A stretch of 64,000 nt of DNA from positions 13,984,001-14,048,000 of the forward strand of contig CP068257.2 in assembly GCA_009914755.4 (NCBI GenBank). Direction: 5' to 3'. A program made the translations under genes and the position numbers. Below, piece by piece: positions 30,591 through 45,235 of the stretch. The DNA comes from the human T2T-CHM13v2.0 reference genome, Homo sapiens. The number at the start of each line of letters is the position of its first letter. Position 1 is the first letter of the stretch. The notes below the pieces were generated by a model. The model did not search any database and had not been told where the DNA came from. It worked only from the letters and a program-made list of their open reading frames with translations.

Positions 30591-30974
30591 TTTCAGGAGT
30601 AGAAGTGCTCTATTCTCTCCCCTTGAGTGGGAAAGTCTAATTTGACATTTTAAAATTACCGTTTATTTACTGAAAATAAAAATAAAAGTTCAAACTAAAA
30701 AATTAGTTAGATTAAGTAAAATATTTCATATTAACTAAAATAGGTACTTACCAAATAATGCAACTGTATATTACAATGTGCAGTTCATACTTTTTCACTG
30801 TTTTAATATTTAAATACAAGTAAAACTGTAAGTTGTCACAAAGAATGATAGAATTGAAGTAAGTCAAGTTCTGTTTCTTCGTGTTTACAATGTGCTGCCA
30901 TTATTTATTTTGATCCACTGTTTAAATAGAAGAATATGTGTTACCATGGTAGTTAGAGAGAGAACTGCACCCAC

Positions 30975-30976
<2 letters not shown>

Positions 30977-31012
<36 letters not shown>
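30977..31012. repeat. (GT)n microsatellite, about 18 units
   Basis: Direct read. Confidence 0.95.
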
Positions 31013-31014
<2 letters not shown>

Positions 31015-33147
31015 AGGGAGAGGCAAATCTATCCAAAGAATATTCCAAAGTAACTTTCATATAGAATATAACATTCATCAAAGGTTAAGTAATAAAACAT
31101 TGCCAATGGGAAGCTCACATCCATGTTATTAAAACCCAACAGTTACTACAACGATCTTTTAGAATTTAGAGATCTTTTTCTGGCAGGAGTATTTTACCAT
31201 GGTATTGCTTAGAGTCTGCTGATGCCTGGTGATAATAAAAAGCAGACTGACTTTAGTGAGTTTTATTGCTGTTTTCAAATCTTTCCATACAGGGAATTTC
31301 TTGATCCCAGCCCCACCCACACTATTCCACTGCCTGAAACCTGCCATCCTTAACTGAGATCAGGAATGTTCAAAGACCTAGCAACAGGCCTCATCAAGTT
31401 ATTTTATGGCAGTGATCACAGTGGTGACTGTTAATCATTGGCAGAGTTACCCTTTGCAAAGTACACAGAGGCTTCTTTTTAAACCACTTTCCAGTTTAGC
31501 ACACTAAATGAGGATGTTTGTTTGGAATGTTACCACAAACAGATTTAAATGGTTTTCCTATGATACTATGAATTTTCTTTTAATGCTCAAATGCATACAA
31601 GTTCTTAGCTGTCAAATTAACAAGATAATTCCTTCTCTTTTCACTTGCTGTAGTAATAGCAGTATAATTAGGAGTGCAGCTCCAGAAGAGACTGTTTAAC
31701 TCCTCAGCTCCTCGGTCAAAGCTTATTTCTTTTCCCCAGTTTCACAAACTATGAGCAGTGGGGTCTCGGACAAATTTCCCAACATTTAAAACGCGTGGTA
31801 AAATGATTACAGTAGTACTTGCTTTCATAGAATGGTTGCAGGGATTAAATTAGATAATTTGTGTAGAGTAGGTCTCACACTATCTGAGATACTGAATGAC
31901 AAAACATGCAAAATTGTTCGCTCCTGCTATTATTAAAATAGAATAATCTGAGAAAAGAAAAATAGCTCAGAGCAGTCAGATATGTAAAGTACGCAAACTT
32001 TATCAGGCTTGGAGAGACATGAGTTCATACAAGTCATCCATGCCCAGGGGACAAATGTTTAAAGGCATCTTATTCCCAGCTAGCTGCTTATGTTCATGTT
32101 CTTGGAGTTTGTGATACAAAGAATAATGTACAGCCAATCAATAGCTTATGTTATTTTAATGTAAATTCTTGGTAAACAACATAGAAGTTGCCTCCTTTTC
32201 CCCCTTAAAAACCCACATGTAACTGCTGCTAATCAAAGTGTATATTCAGGGCACTTAATTCTGTGCCTAGTGGCCACCCTCAAGCTTTGGCTCAGAGAAA
32301 CTCTGTACGTGATGGTATTTTCTGAATCTGATTATTTGAGGTTGACATGATAAATCAAACCAAAGTATCTGACCTCCCCCAACCTCTCACCTCTCCCTAA
32401 ATGCTACATTGCTGCTACCACAAAGAGGGGTAAATTGCAGAATTTTTCCGCCATTCTTTGCTCTCTTAGTTTTTAAAAATCTTTTAAATTTAATCTCTCA
32501 TATCTTCATTTGTCATTCCAAACTGGAAATAATTTTGTGTGGTGTCACAGTATAAAACATTAACCATTTTGCCAATGAAATATTACCATTTCTAGATTTT
32601 TTAAAATCTGACATCTCAACCATTTAAGTTTTGGGGACCCATTTCAAGTTAAGGACTCTATTCATTTAAGAAAAATTTTTTTAATGCCAAGGTAGACTAG
32701 TACCAAGTTAAATCTCAAAAACTAACCATATCCTGGTATTATAAGGAGCTGCCTGCAAGAAAAATATTTTTCTAATCCAAAAACTTTCAGAATAAGTGGA
32801 ATATGAACGTGAACATGGCAGTAAGCCAAAATTTCCATCAATGCATAATGAAACCAAAGGAGATATCAAACCCAAAATTCTTTACTTAGGAAAAAAAAAC
32901 GCTCAACTTGACACCAATAAAAGGTTACAACCTTTTCAAAAGCAAAAAGCTTTTCAAAAAGCCCTTCACAAAGTTATCAAATGAGATACTGGATTATTTG
33001 AATATGGTGACAGAGGGAAACATTTTGATCGGCTGATCAGCTGAAAACAAACTCATTACACTCCCACCTCACCAACTAGTTTAAAGTCAGGAAAAAAAAA
33101 AGGTTATTAGCAACTGGAAACTTTTTCACAAAAATATATGCCTATTG

Positions 33148-33416
33148 TCTTGGTGCGGTGGCTCATTCCTGCAATCCCAGCACTTTGGGAGGCTAAGGCA
33201 GGAGGGTTGCTGGAGCCTAGGAGTTTGAGACAAGCCTGGGCAACATAGTAAGACCTGGTCCCTACAAAAAAATTGAAAAATTTGCCAGGTGTGGTGGTGT
33301 GTGCCTGTAGTCCCAGCTACTCAGGAGGCTGAGCCTGCAAGGAGGCTGAGCCTGCAAGATGGAGGCTGCAGTGAGTCATAATTGTGCCAGTGAACTCCAG
33401 CCTGGGTGACAGAGCT
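33148..33416 (+). mobile_element. Alu SINE (older AluJ/S-like), followed by AT-rich degenerated tail to about 33500
   Basis: cttggtgcggtggctcattcctgcaatcccagcactttgggaggctaaggcaggagg...gtcccagctactcaggaggctgagcctgcaag(duplicated)...ccagcctgggtgacagagc, then tatacatatatacatataatattatataatttt... Confidence 0.9.
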
Positions 33417-35690
33417 GTCATATACATATATACATATAATATTATATAATTTTATAATATAATAATATAGATCCATAATAATATAGATCTATATTAAAAC
33501 ATCAATATTAAAACAATAATGTATATTGACTCAGTTGTTATCAAATTCAACTTACATAGTACCTTATAAATGTTTTATGAAAGTAAATACCAGTCTGTAA
33601 ATATTTTTTCCTAAATTTGTAAATAAATTGTATTAAATCTTTAGTACGTAGGTTTTATTGGTTAATTCTAATAATTCTGCATTAAAGACTGGTATTAAAG
33701 CAGTATTTCAGTATTTTTCAAATCAAACACTCAAGATACATGTATTTCAGTCACTCTATTCATGTTCTCCTAGCTCGCTCTGGAGAAAAGAAAATATTTA
33801 AAATATGTCTTCAGCTCATTTTCACATTCAACTGATTTCATCCAACCTCTGGCTAAGTAGGAAATATGTGCCAGATTAAAGTTTGATGATCAGCAATTTT
33901 TTTTCTATACTAACATTTTTTTCTGCTTACAGAACACTGTTCTATCATTTTCAGTACATTTCACAGAGGATCACATAGGCAAATTTAGATGTCCTTAATG
34001 TTCACTTATTTCTGCATACAAAAGTCAATCAGATATCTAGTTACCTTATGTTCCAAATAAAAATATGTTCCAATATATTGATGTTGAAAGAAAGAAGAAA
34101 GGATTACATGGAGCATTTTTGATGTCACCTTGAAGAAATTGTCATACACCATCTGCTGGTTTATTGAGCATACATAATAGCAATGTTGATGAATTCTTCT
34201 TTAATAAATGATACATATTGACATAACCACCAAATATATCCTAATGACCAGAAACATATCAAGGTGACTAGAAATGGATCCAGCTTAAGTTATCCATGTG
34301 TATTTTGAATCTGTGAAGTGACTAATACTCTAAATAATCTATTTTGTGCTATGCTTCATTTATAAAGACTTGTAAGTGCGCCTTTCAATCTAGCTCACAA
34401 AAGAGGTTCATGGTCTTCTTTGTCTTCATTGTCTCTGTGGGCTGTCTTCTGAGAATTCTTACCCCATTAAGAATATACAGGCTGAAGAGGTCAGTCTACT
34501 AGCATGTCAAAAATAATTTAGAAACCATTCTCTCTGTTTTATGCCTTGATTGACCAACATGAACGTGTTGGGAAAATTACACCTATAGCCTATAAATGGA
34601 AATTATTCCATAAATCATTGAGATCAAAGTCTTCAATAACTTCCAAACAAAAAAGAAATGAAACATGACTTATTAAGCAGAAAAGCTGGGAGTTCAAATA
34701 TGGGTAAAGAGGAGGGAGGAAGTTTGCTATATAATTAATAAGTAATTAAAAATAAAGGAGACTTTTATGAATCATGTGAGAGAAAATCATGGAATACTTC
34801 AGAATCACAATTTTAGAACTTAGCTTATGAATGGATCCATAAACTGAAAGACTCAAATGAAAATGGAAATACTCAGTCAATCATTGGATCACTGGTATTG
34901 TGGTATGCTTTACAGTTGACAGTATTAGAGTTTGGTTCAGGAACTGGAAATCACTTAGGTATTTTAAGCAGGAAAGAAATCAGATCAATAATTATAAATT
35001 GTGTAAAATCCTTGGAAGAACTGGAGACCTGAAGGCAGGGCTGGGCCTCCAGGTCTGACCTTTGCTAGATTCAGGAAGATGGAGAATCAAGGATAGCTGA
35101 TGAAGCTCTAGAGTTTAAAGAAAAGGAAAAAATGCCTCCACTGCTGTGCCGCAAGGATTAAAAAGCAACTGCCAGAGTAACTCCCTCAGGAATGGAGCAC
35201 TTACCCCATGAGACCAGCTGCCTCCTCAGGACAATTTCTTCCTGACACCTTTGAAACTTACGGATGAGTTTTTCTGCTACGCATGAACTCTACTTCTCAG
35301 CTCCGCCTGCTAGCAGAACACAACATCGAGCAACCAAGAGATGGTCTCTGGCTCCTTTCTGGATTCCTAAGCTCTGGCATCCACATTGGCATCCACAATA
35401 AGTTCAAAAAATTGAACTTATTTTAAATACATAATGATAGATGAATGAGAGCCTGGGTATCGTAGTTTGGTCTTCAAGCCTTTGCAATACAGAAAGGCCC
35501 ACTTTCAGAAAGCCAGCAAGTTGGATATTTGCACCAGTCAACCACATTCATTATTATTTACAAAGTCTTTTCATGGTCACAGTGCTACATACTCTTCATA
35601 AAAACAAATTCGAATAGATGGTGTTATTCCCATTTTACAGAGGAGGAAATTTACAGGTTGAAGTTGTACCATGTCTAAAATTACATATGA

Positions 35691-36030
35691 GGCCAGGCCT
35701 GGTGGCTCCTGCCTATAATCCTAAGCCCTTTGGGATGCCAGGGTAAGAGGATCACTTGAGGCCAGGAGTTTGAAACTAGCCCAGGCAACATAGTGAGGCC
35801 CCCGTCTCTACAAAAAAATTTTTAAAAAGAAATTAGCTGGGAGTGGTGGTGTGTGCCAGCAGTCCTAGCTACTTAGAAAGCTGAGATGGAAGGATTGCTT
35901 GAGTCCAGGAGTTTGAGGTTACGAATCTCTTCATAGACTGCTGTGATTACATAGTTATGATTGCACCACTGCACTCCCGCCTGGGTAACAGAGTGAGACC
36001 CTATCTCTGAAATAAAAGTAAAATAAAATA
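35691..36030 (+). mobile_element. Alu SINE (diverged, AluJ-like)
   Basis: ggccaggcctggtggctcctgcctataatcctaagccctttgggatgccagggtaagaggatcacttgaggccaggagtttgaaactagcccaggcaacatagtgagg ... gcaccactgcactcccgcctgggtaacagagtgagaccctatctctgaaataaaag. Confidence 0.9.
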
Positions 36031-36154
36031 ACTTGAAATAAGGTGCTAGAATCAGTAACTTAATAACACAAATTTGCTTTGAAATCCTCCTATTACTACT
36101 ACACTGCTTCTACATGTATTTGCTAAGTAAAGCCAGTATGTTTCTTGGTTATCA

Positions 36155-36500
<346 letters not shown>

Positions 36501-36544
36501 CAGATCTATTTAGTTAAAACGTAACAAAGGAAGACGATTACCAT

Positions 36545-36890
36545 GGTTGAATGTTGGTGTACCCCCATAATTTATATGTTAATCCTAACCCCCAATGTAA
36601 TGGTATTTGAAGGTAGGGCCTTTGGGTGATGATTAGGTCATGAGAGTGACGCCCTTATGATAAGGATCCGTGACCTTATAAAAGGGACTCCAGAGAGCTA
36701 GTTAGTTCCTTCTGCCATGTGAGGACACATCTAGAAGTACCAGAAAGTGGGCCCTCGCCAGACACTAAATTTGCTGGAACCTTAATCTTAGACTTCCCAA
36801 CCTCCAGAACTGTGAGGAATACATTTCTGTTGTTTACAAGCTACTCAGTTTATGGTACTTTGTTATTGTAGCCCAAATGGACTGAGACAA
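36545..36890 (+). mobile_element. ERVL-MaLR-type LTR, family B copy 2
   Basis: cccccaatgtaatggtatttgaaggtagggcctttgggtgatgattaggtcatgagagtgacgcccttatga...ccttataaaagggactccagagagc...ccttctgccatgtgaggacacatctagaagtacc...ccagaactgtgaggaatacatttctgttgtttacaagctactcagtttatggtactttgttattgtagcccaaatggactgagacaa. Confidence 0.65.
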
Positions 36891-37142
36891 CCATCCAGTA
36901 AAAAACAGCATCTACCTCTATAATAAATATAAAAAGTTATATTCTAAAATGGAATAACAATGGGTTTATTGAATCAAAGACATTGATTGCCTAAAATTCA
37001 TTACCCAAAGAGGTAGTTGGGTATCAAAATTCCTGATATAGGGGAAATGTTCACTGTATAATAGCTTTAAATGACAGAAATTATGGAATGCTATACAGTG
37101 TTCTTATTATTTGTTAATTTTTAAAAAGATTCAACATTAATG

Positions 37143-37360
37143 TTTTTCTTGGAGACAGGGTCTCGCTCTGTTGTCCAGGATGCAGTACAGTAGCATGGTC
37201 GTGGCTCACAGAAACCTTGAACTCCTGGGCTCAATCAATCCTCCCACTTCAGCCTCCCAAGTAGCTGGGACCACAGGGGTGCATTACTATGCCTAGCTAA
37301 TCTATTTTGTAAAGGCAGGATCTCCCTATATTGCCAGGCTGGTCTTGAACTCCTGGGCCA
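37143..37360 (-). mobile_element. Alu SINE, old and partial (AluJ/FLAM-like)
   Basis: tttttcttggagacagggtctcgctctgttgtccaggatgcagtacagtagcatggtcgtggctcac...cctcccaagtagctgggaccacagg...ccaggctggtcttgaactcctgggcc. Confidence 0.8.
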
Positions 37361-37927
37361 CTGTACAGTATTATCTTAGCTTAGAAAAAATATATGAAGA
37401 CTACATCAAAATTAAATAAGTAACTCTGGATGATGGCATTTTGAGTGCCTTTATTTTTTTCATTACTCCATCTTCCAAACTATCATATTTGAATTTTTTA
37501 AAGCAATAAATAGTACCCTTAAGAAAAAGTAAAAACTTTTTTAAGAGAATTAAAGCATTTAGAAATAATAGCCAAAGGGCAAGCATAGATAGAGGTATGG
37601 TAGGTAGGTTATCAAAATAAAAATAGTTGAAGATAAAGTTTTTAAAAGTGTGATTCATATTAAGAAGGAAAGGAGAAAATGTTCTCAACCGTCTCCGCAT
37701 GTTTTTTAAGCAAAATCCTAGGACTATTAAAGATTCTTGACACATACAGGAGAGTCAGATTGTATTTCAAATAGATTTATTTTCTTTTTAAATCATGAAA
37801 TATCACTTATATTTATTAGTTTAAAAATCCATTTTATAAACACAAATTCTCTGATAATTAATAAAACTAAAGCTATACATGAGCTATAGACAGTGTTTGT
37901 CCTCAGTGAATATCTTAATTGACTCAT

Positions 37928-38230
37928 TTTGTTGTTGTTGTTTTAGCAACAGTGTCTTATTCTGTCACCTAGGCTGCAGTGCAGTGGGGTGATCATAGCT
38001 AACTGCAACCTCAAACTCCTGGGTTCAAACACTCCTCCCACTCTAGCCTCTGGAGGAACTGGGACTATAGGCACGCGCCACCAGGCCCAGCTAGTTTTTC
38101 AATTTCCTGTAGAATTGAGGTCTTGCTCTGTTGGCCAGGCTGATTCGGAACTCCTGGCATCAAGCAATCGTCTCTCCTCGGCCTTCCAAAATGCTGGGAT
38201 TACAGGCATAAGCCACCATGCCAACTGGCT
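37928..38230 (-). mobile_element. Alu SINE (AluJ-like)
   Basis: ttgttgttgttgttttagcaacagtgtcttattctgtcacctaggctgcagtgcagtggggtgatcatagctaactgcaacctcaaactcctgggttcaaac...ccttccaaaatgctgggattacaggcataagccaccatgccaactggc. Confidence 0.9.
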
Positions 38231-38996
38231 TATTTATTCTTAATCTTAAATTTATTGAGTATATAATCATTCAAACAATTTTAAAATCATATTCACTCTT
38301 GAATTTTTAAAACATCTGCCACAGGTGGGAGAAATGTAATCCAGCTTCTCATTTTCCAAACCCATTGTAATTTAGCCTCTAAAATAAAACCCTTAAAAAT
38401 CTGAACAAGTAATCAGTATTGCTTAACTGAAAAATGATTGATCATGATTAGTTATTGAATAAGTTTCATTTGTATTTGTTTGGTATTGGTTTCGCTCACT
38501 GGATGAGATTATTTAGTAAGCAAATAAAACTTTGAAATTTTTACAACTGTTGGTGAAATCTCTTTATAGATTGTGAAACATCTGTTTAATTCTCATTTGG
38601 TGGTATAAGGTACTCAAAGATGAATCAGTAACAAGGAATTCTTTACTCATGTTTTAACTTCTAACAAAACAAAATTGTGTAACCATCCAAGAGGAATCTA
38701 GAAATACTTGTTGAATTAATATGTCTATAGATCACCAACATTAATGATTTCTGTATAGTCTGGTTATGAGGCTACCCTATGTTTTCATCATCTGGATTTT
38801 TTCTTTCTAACTTCAAATATTATTTTTGAAATAAACCTCAGATGCTAAAGTGAATAAAATAAATAAAATAAAAGTGAAACCCTGTACATTTGAAGTACAG
38901 AACTTTATCTTAAATACATAGAAATGATACCTTTGTTTTAATGCCAATAAACTAGAACTAGAATAACACATTTATTTTCTTCTGGATTTTGAAACA

Positions 38997-38998
<2 letters not shown>

Positions 38999-39029
<31 letters not shown>
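38999..39029. repeat. (AC)n microsatellite, about 15 units, followed by imperfect AC/AT tract
   Basis: Direct read. Confidence 0.95.
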
Positions 39030-39031
<2 letters not shown>

Positions 39032-40361
39032 TACACACACACATGCATATAAATAACTCTGGCTCAGATAATGTGATTTTTAAAAGCATGCCAATTTGGT
39101 TGTGAATTATTACACCAGTAAGATATAATTAGAGAATCATTTATTTCCTTCATAAGTATACTGACATTAATAACGCTACTCCTCAAATGACCTTTCAGAC
39201 TTCACCTCTGGACCACAGCCCATCATGCTTTGCATTGTGTTATTGATACACTGGTACTAAATTAAACTCAGATTTAAGGAGCTATCTTGAAGAAATCGGC
39301 AAATACTGTACGTGAATACAAACTTGAATATCCATGGATAATTTATAGCTTCTTACGTCAAATGTTGATGGAAAGCATTTGAGAATAGATTGTGGATTAA
39401 GCAGGGATGACATTTCAAGTGGACTGAATGGGGATTAGCTGCTACTGTTCTGGAATCTCAGGCCTATGGAATGCTAGCCTGCTAGACTGTTCCACTCACA
39501 CATACTAGCTCAACAACAGATCTCGTAGCTATCGGTGCCACTCATCCCCAATAGCCGATGCCCTTCTAGTGGCATCTCCATCTCTGTTTCCCAATTGCTC
39601 ACTTTTTCTCCCCAAAATATATTCCGATCCTTTTCAAAAATAATTCTGTATTTTCCCAAGCTTAGCGGTCTCCTCTCTGACTTCTCTATTCAGACATTAC
39701 TGTATTCTATATGTCTATTCAGAAATATATTCTCTATTTAGACATTAGCCCAGACATTCTTGGTAAATGATTTGTAGTCTCTATTACTACTATTAGTGAC
39801 AGCATTGAAAATCTAGTTGGCCACAGAAGGCACTCATACCATAGTCAACACTGCATCAGTACTCACGTCATTTATTGTACTTAACTATCTGGGCTCATTT
39901 TTTGCCATCACTCTCCACCGCCAACCTCCCCCAAGTTATGAACAGACTGTATTTGCAAGTAGTCTTTATGTATTTAGGGAAAGCAAGCAGATTTGACTAT
40001 TGCCCAAAAAAAGTACTGTAATGCTAATCTACTATGAAATTATGTCATGACCAACACAGAGAATACAGGGATTCCTTTATTCATTGTTTTGGGGAAAACC
40101 TATATTTGTTTAGAATCATGAAATTTTCATATTGGGAAAGAAGTTGTTCCTTATGTGGTCATAATTAAGAGATGTCAGTATTAACGGACCCAGACACAGG
40201 GATGTTCATGTGAATTTGAATCAGGTAATGGGCATAGGCAGATGTATACTAAATAAAGAATTTAATTTTGGTTAACAGTCACTAAGTACATCTTCCTTAA
40301 CTTTTCCCTCATTTTTTTCTCATTTATTTAAATTGTCCTATCTTAAAAACCCAAAGTGGCA

Positions 40362-40669
<308 letters not shown>

Positions 40670-41582
40670 CACCAAAGTGGCTAGTGGGATATGATCAGGG
40701 AGTGGTGAGATGGGAGGAGAGTGGATTTTGACAGGTTTTTGTGGATTATGAGAAGTGGTAGAAGAATTGAAGCTTCTGCTGTCCCTGTCAGACCAAAGGA
40801 GTAGGAGGAGTTCCTGCTGTGAACTGAGAAGCTGGTGATTTTATCTCAAACGCAGCCAAGCTCTTTCAAAGTAAGAATCAGTAACTGTTTATATAAAGGG
40901 CAGGATTGCCCAACTGCAATCTGTTTGTGAGATGGGTGTTAAAATGCTTTGGGGCACCTCCCACTACTCCTGATTATAGGGAATTAGGTTAGCATTGTTG
41001 AGGGTAAGGGTTTGAGGACGGTGCTTGACACCTACCTCCCCACACCTTTCAGAGGTGTATATCAGTAATACAGAGGAACTGTCAAAAATACAAGAAATCA
41101 ACTAAATCAATTACGATCCTGAAGTTGCATTGTTATGTGCTTACTAACAGTGAGAACATTTTGTTGGAAAAAATAGTATAAAGTATACTAACCTAAAAAT
41201 GCTACTAACACTTTGATCCAGAGATGATACAAAAATATTTTACAACTGGTATGGCATAAACAATGACCTATTAAAATGAGCACAGACCAGACTGTTGGGA
41301 AAAGGGCTCTAGAGGTCTGCTGATACAGGGAAGGGGCTGAGATGAACAAGGTGTTAACATGTACTTCACTCTTTAACAACTGGCACAGACGAAACCTTGT
41401 GTATACTACCCGAATATTAGCCCTGCCTTTTCCTAATTTGTGTATACTACCTGAATATTAACCCTGTGGATGATATTACCAATCCCACCACTCTTGGTCT
41501 CTAACAGCCTGATGTTCTGCCTAATATTGAAAAGGACTTGCTTATTCACAATGGCACATGACTTTGCATCTCTTGCTGTATA

Positions 41583-41900
41583 CGTTTTTTTTTTATTTAT
41601 TTATTTTTTGTTTTTCTTTTTGAGATGGAGTCTCGCCCTGTCACCCAGGCTGGAGTGCAGTGGCACAATCTTGGCTCACTGCAACCTCCGCCTCCTGGGT
41701 TCAAGTGGTTCTCGTGCCTCAGCTACCAAGTAGCTGGGATTACAGGCGCATGCCACCACGACTGGCTAAGTTTTGTACTTTTAGTAGAGACGGGGTTTTG
41801 CCATGTGCCCAGGCTGGTCTCGAACTCCTGACCTCAGGTGATCTGCCCACCTCGGCCTCCCAAAGTTCTGGGATTGCAGGCATGAGCCACCATGCCCGGT
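41583..41900 (-). mobile_element. Alu SINE with (TTTA)n-modified tail
   Basis: tttttttttatttatttattttttgtttttctttttgagatggagtctcgccctgtcacccaggctggagtgcagtggcacaatcttggctcactgcaacctccgcctcc ... ggattgcaggcatgagccaccatgcccggtc. Confidence 0.95.
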
Positions 41901-43553
41901 CTTGCATATATATTTTACTGCACTTCAATCATTTAGCATTTTAACATTGACTTGTTATGGTTTCTTTACCAGAAATTTTGATTCATATGAAAATAATGTC
42001 AAAACAAATTCTGTTGTTTTTCACAAAAATTCTGAGTTTGGCTGCCATATTAATCAAGGGTAATAATGTGTGAAATAGTGGAATATTTCATTGAATGTTC
42101 GGTCAGCATACAGCTACTGCCACTATAAATTTAGATAATAATAAAATCTCATGTCGACTGTGTATCAAAATTTATCAGTAAACGGCAAATGGTTAAAACA
42201 GCCATGAGTTTTTAAAGAGTATTGGTATTAAAATTTGCGATTCTTAGGATGTTTTATATATGTCTTATTCTACATATGTCAAACGGTTAGATATGCCTTC
42301 TTAAGTTCAGCTGGGTATGGTTTTTATGTGATTACTTCAGCTAATCTACTGTTGAATGTAGTGATTGTGGTAAAATCATACCTAAGAATTTATCAACAAA
42401 TAGCGGCAAGTAACAAGTAGGTAAATAACTATAGGAATTATGTTTATATGCCAATGCTTAGTAAATCTTTTTGAAGTTAAGCTTTGAATTTTACACATTG
42501 CTGTATTAAACAACTCCAACTATTTTGACTTTAAAAAGTGCAAAAAGTTGTTTATAAGAAATTAATGCCTTCCTAAATATTTTTATATGATTGAAATTGT
42601 AAAGGGTAAAAGTATAAGTAATGCAGAATTATTTCTGAGAACTCTAAGAAGAAATCTAAATACAATAGTAATAAGAAAACAAATGGTCTAAGAGCCAAGA
42701 CAAAACTCTGTCACATCTAAAATGGAAATAGTACTCTGAAATAAGAAAGAGTAACTAGAAATGGAAAGCCCCAGTTGCAGTCAGCCGAGATCACAGCCAC
42801 AACTACCCAATAAGAAGAAATGTAACATGGGAAGGATGTTTCTAATATGGGTACTTAGGTCAGCTATAATGCCTGGCTTGCAAATCACAGAAAGTACAAC
42901 TCAAAGTAGCTTAAAAATGAGAGTATTGTATTGGCTTATATAACTGCAAAACCCAAAGTTAGGCCTTGTTTGAACGGTGCTTGAGCTACCTGTGCAAGCA
43001 TATCACCAAGGATACAGTTTCTTTGTCTTTCCAGAATGTTTTCTGCAGAGCTGGTTTCATTCTAAAGATGACTTTTTGTAATATCATGATGACTACAAAC
43101 ATCTCTGGAACACACACTTCCCAGAATACATTTGCACCATAGAGGAGAGTGTATGTGTCTTAGCATTCTCAGCAAATGTCTCAAAATTAATTATCTTTGC
43201 ATGGGCTAATGCTACATGCCCACCTGCTGAACCACACTTTGTATCCAGGGAGGTAGAATTAACCGATTAAAGTAGCTTTGATCACATACTCCATACCTAG
43301 AACTTTTTTTTTTAGCTTCCCTGGAGCCATATGGATCCACCGCCATCTCCACCAGAAAAATATCTGCTATTAATACCATTGGGAATAGGGAATAGGGGCT
43401 GGGAAGTCATCCAACAAATGTCCTCACTAGTAGAGAAATACAAGAATATTGGGGCAAATTAAACACATTACACAAATACAATAATTGATGTCCTGATGAA
43501 TTTTCCTCCAATCACGTCTTTCATATTCCTGGGTTACTGCAACCGCTTTTAGG

Positions 43554-44254
43554 TTTTTTGCTTTTTTTTTCCCCCTGGACAGAGAACTCTGTGCCAGCTG
43601 CTGGGTGCTGAGCACTTTTTTTTTTTTTTTTAGTATTTATTGATCATTCTTGGGTGTTTCTCAGAGAGGGGGATGTGGCAGGGTCATAGGATAATAGTGG
43701 AGGGAAGGTCAGCAGATAAACACGAGAACAAAGGTCTCTGGTTTTCCTAGGCAGAGGTACCTGCGGCCTTCCGCAGTGTTTGTGTCCCTGGGTACTTGAG
43801 ATTAGGGAGTGGTGATGACTCTTAAGGAGCATGCTGCCTTCAAGCATCTGTTTAACAAAGCACATCTTGCCCAGCCCTTAATCCATTTAACCCTGAGTGG
43901 ACACAGCACATGTTTCAGAGAGCACGGGGTTGGGGGTAAGGTTATAGATTAACAGCATCCCAAGGCAGAAGAATTTTTCTTAGTACAGAACAAAATGGAG
44001 TCTCCTATGTCTACTTCTTTCTACACAGACACAGTAACAATCTGATCTCTCTTTCTTTTCCCCACATTTCCCCCTTTTCTTTTCGACAAAACCGCCATCG
44101 TCATCATGGCCCGTTCTCCATGGTCTCTGTCTCTTCGGAGCTGTTGGGTACACCTCCCAGATGGGGCGGCCGGGCAGAGGCCTCCTCACCTCCCAGATGG
44201 GGCGGCCGGGCAGAGGCCTCCTCACCTCCCGGACGGGGCGGCCAGGCAGAGGCG
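43554..44254 (-). mobile_element. SVA retrotransposon, 5'-truncated (SINE-R module plus about 2.5 VNTR units), with probable 3' transduction of about 60 bp
   Basis: Poly-T at 43616-43631, then reverse-complement SINE-R: agtatttattgatcattcttgggtgtttctcagagagggggatgtggcagggtcataggataatagtggagggaaggtcagcagataaacac...ggccttccgcagtgtttgtgtccctgggtacttgagattagggagtggtgatgactcttaaggagcatgctgccttcaagcatctgtttaacaaagcacatcttgcccagcccttaatccatttaaccctgagtggacacagcacatgtttcagagagcacggggttgggggtaagg...cccacatttcccccttttcttttcgacaaaaccgccatcgtcatcatggcccgttctcc. Then VNTR-type units cctcccagatggggcggccgggcagaggcctcctca repeated. Candidate TSD ctgcaac(c/g)gctttt at 43537-43552 and 44255-44270. Confidence 0.8.
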
Positions 44255-44893
44255 CTGCAACGGCTTTTTGTAAGGGATACATAGAAAATAAAAATCATAC
44301 AGAACATGTAAACATAAAACTCAGCAATAGCATTCCTATCATTTGATGCTAAGACAAAATATATCACTGCCAGTTTTTTAGTCATAGACAATTCATAGGA
44401 ACTTAATCATTAGATATTAAATCTGAATATGAAGAGGATGTTCATTGACCTTATAATGAAATATGTGAATAAATACAAAATCAAAGTAATATTTAATTAA
44501 TAACTACTCTACCAGAACAGCATATTTTGTATTAGTTATACGTACTGATATAAATAGGTAGCATTTCCTTGTACTCATTGTTCTGCTGACAAAAATTCTA
44601 TTATGGGAGAAAAATGGCAATAAAAAACTTATATTTGGATAAAAGTTCTGAGAAATCTTGAAGACTTTTAAGTGGAATGCATTTGAAATTAGAATTCTGA
44701 AAGAAATATGAATTTGTGGTAAAATTGTCAATAAAAATTAACACATTTTAAACAGATTAAAGAACACAGAATATGTCTGGACTCCATATGTGAAAATAAT
44801 ATGACAGAAAATTCAAGTTTTTACTTGAAAGAGGGCTTCATGAGATTAATCTGAGAACAAGAGTAAAATTTTTAGAGGTATAATTTAGTATAA

Positions 44894-45235
<342 letters not shown>

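Noticed and set aside
43980-44391. Overlapping ORFs with repeated [11 protein letters not shown] / [12 protein letters not shown] peptides
   Set aside because: Frame translations of the SVA VNTR units (cctcccagatggggcggccgggcagaggc)n and adjacent SINE-R sequence. They are repeat artefacts.
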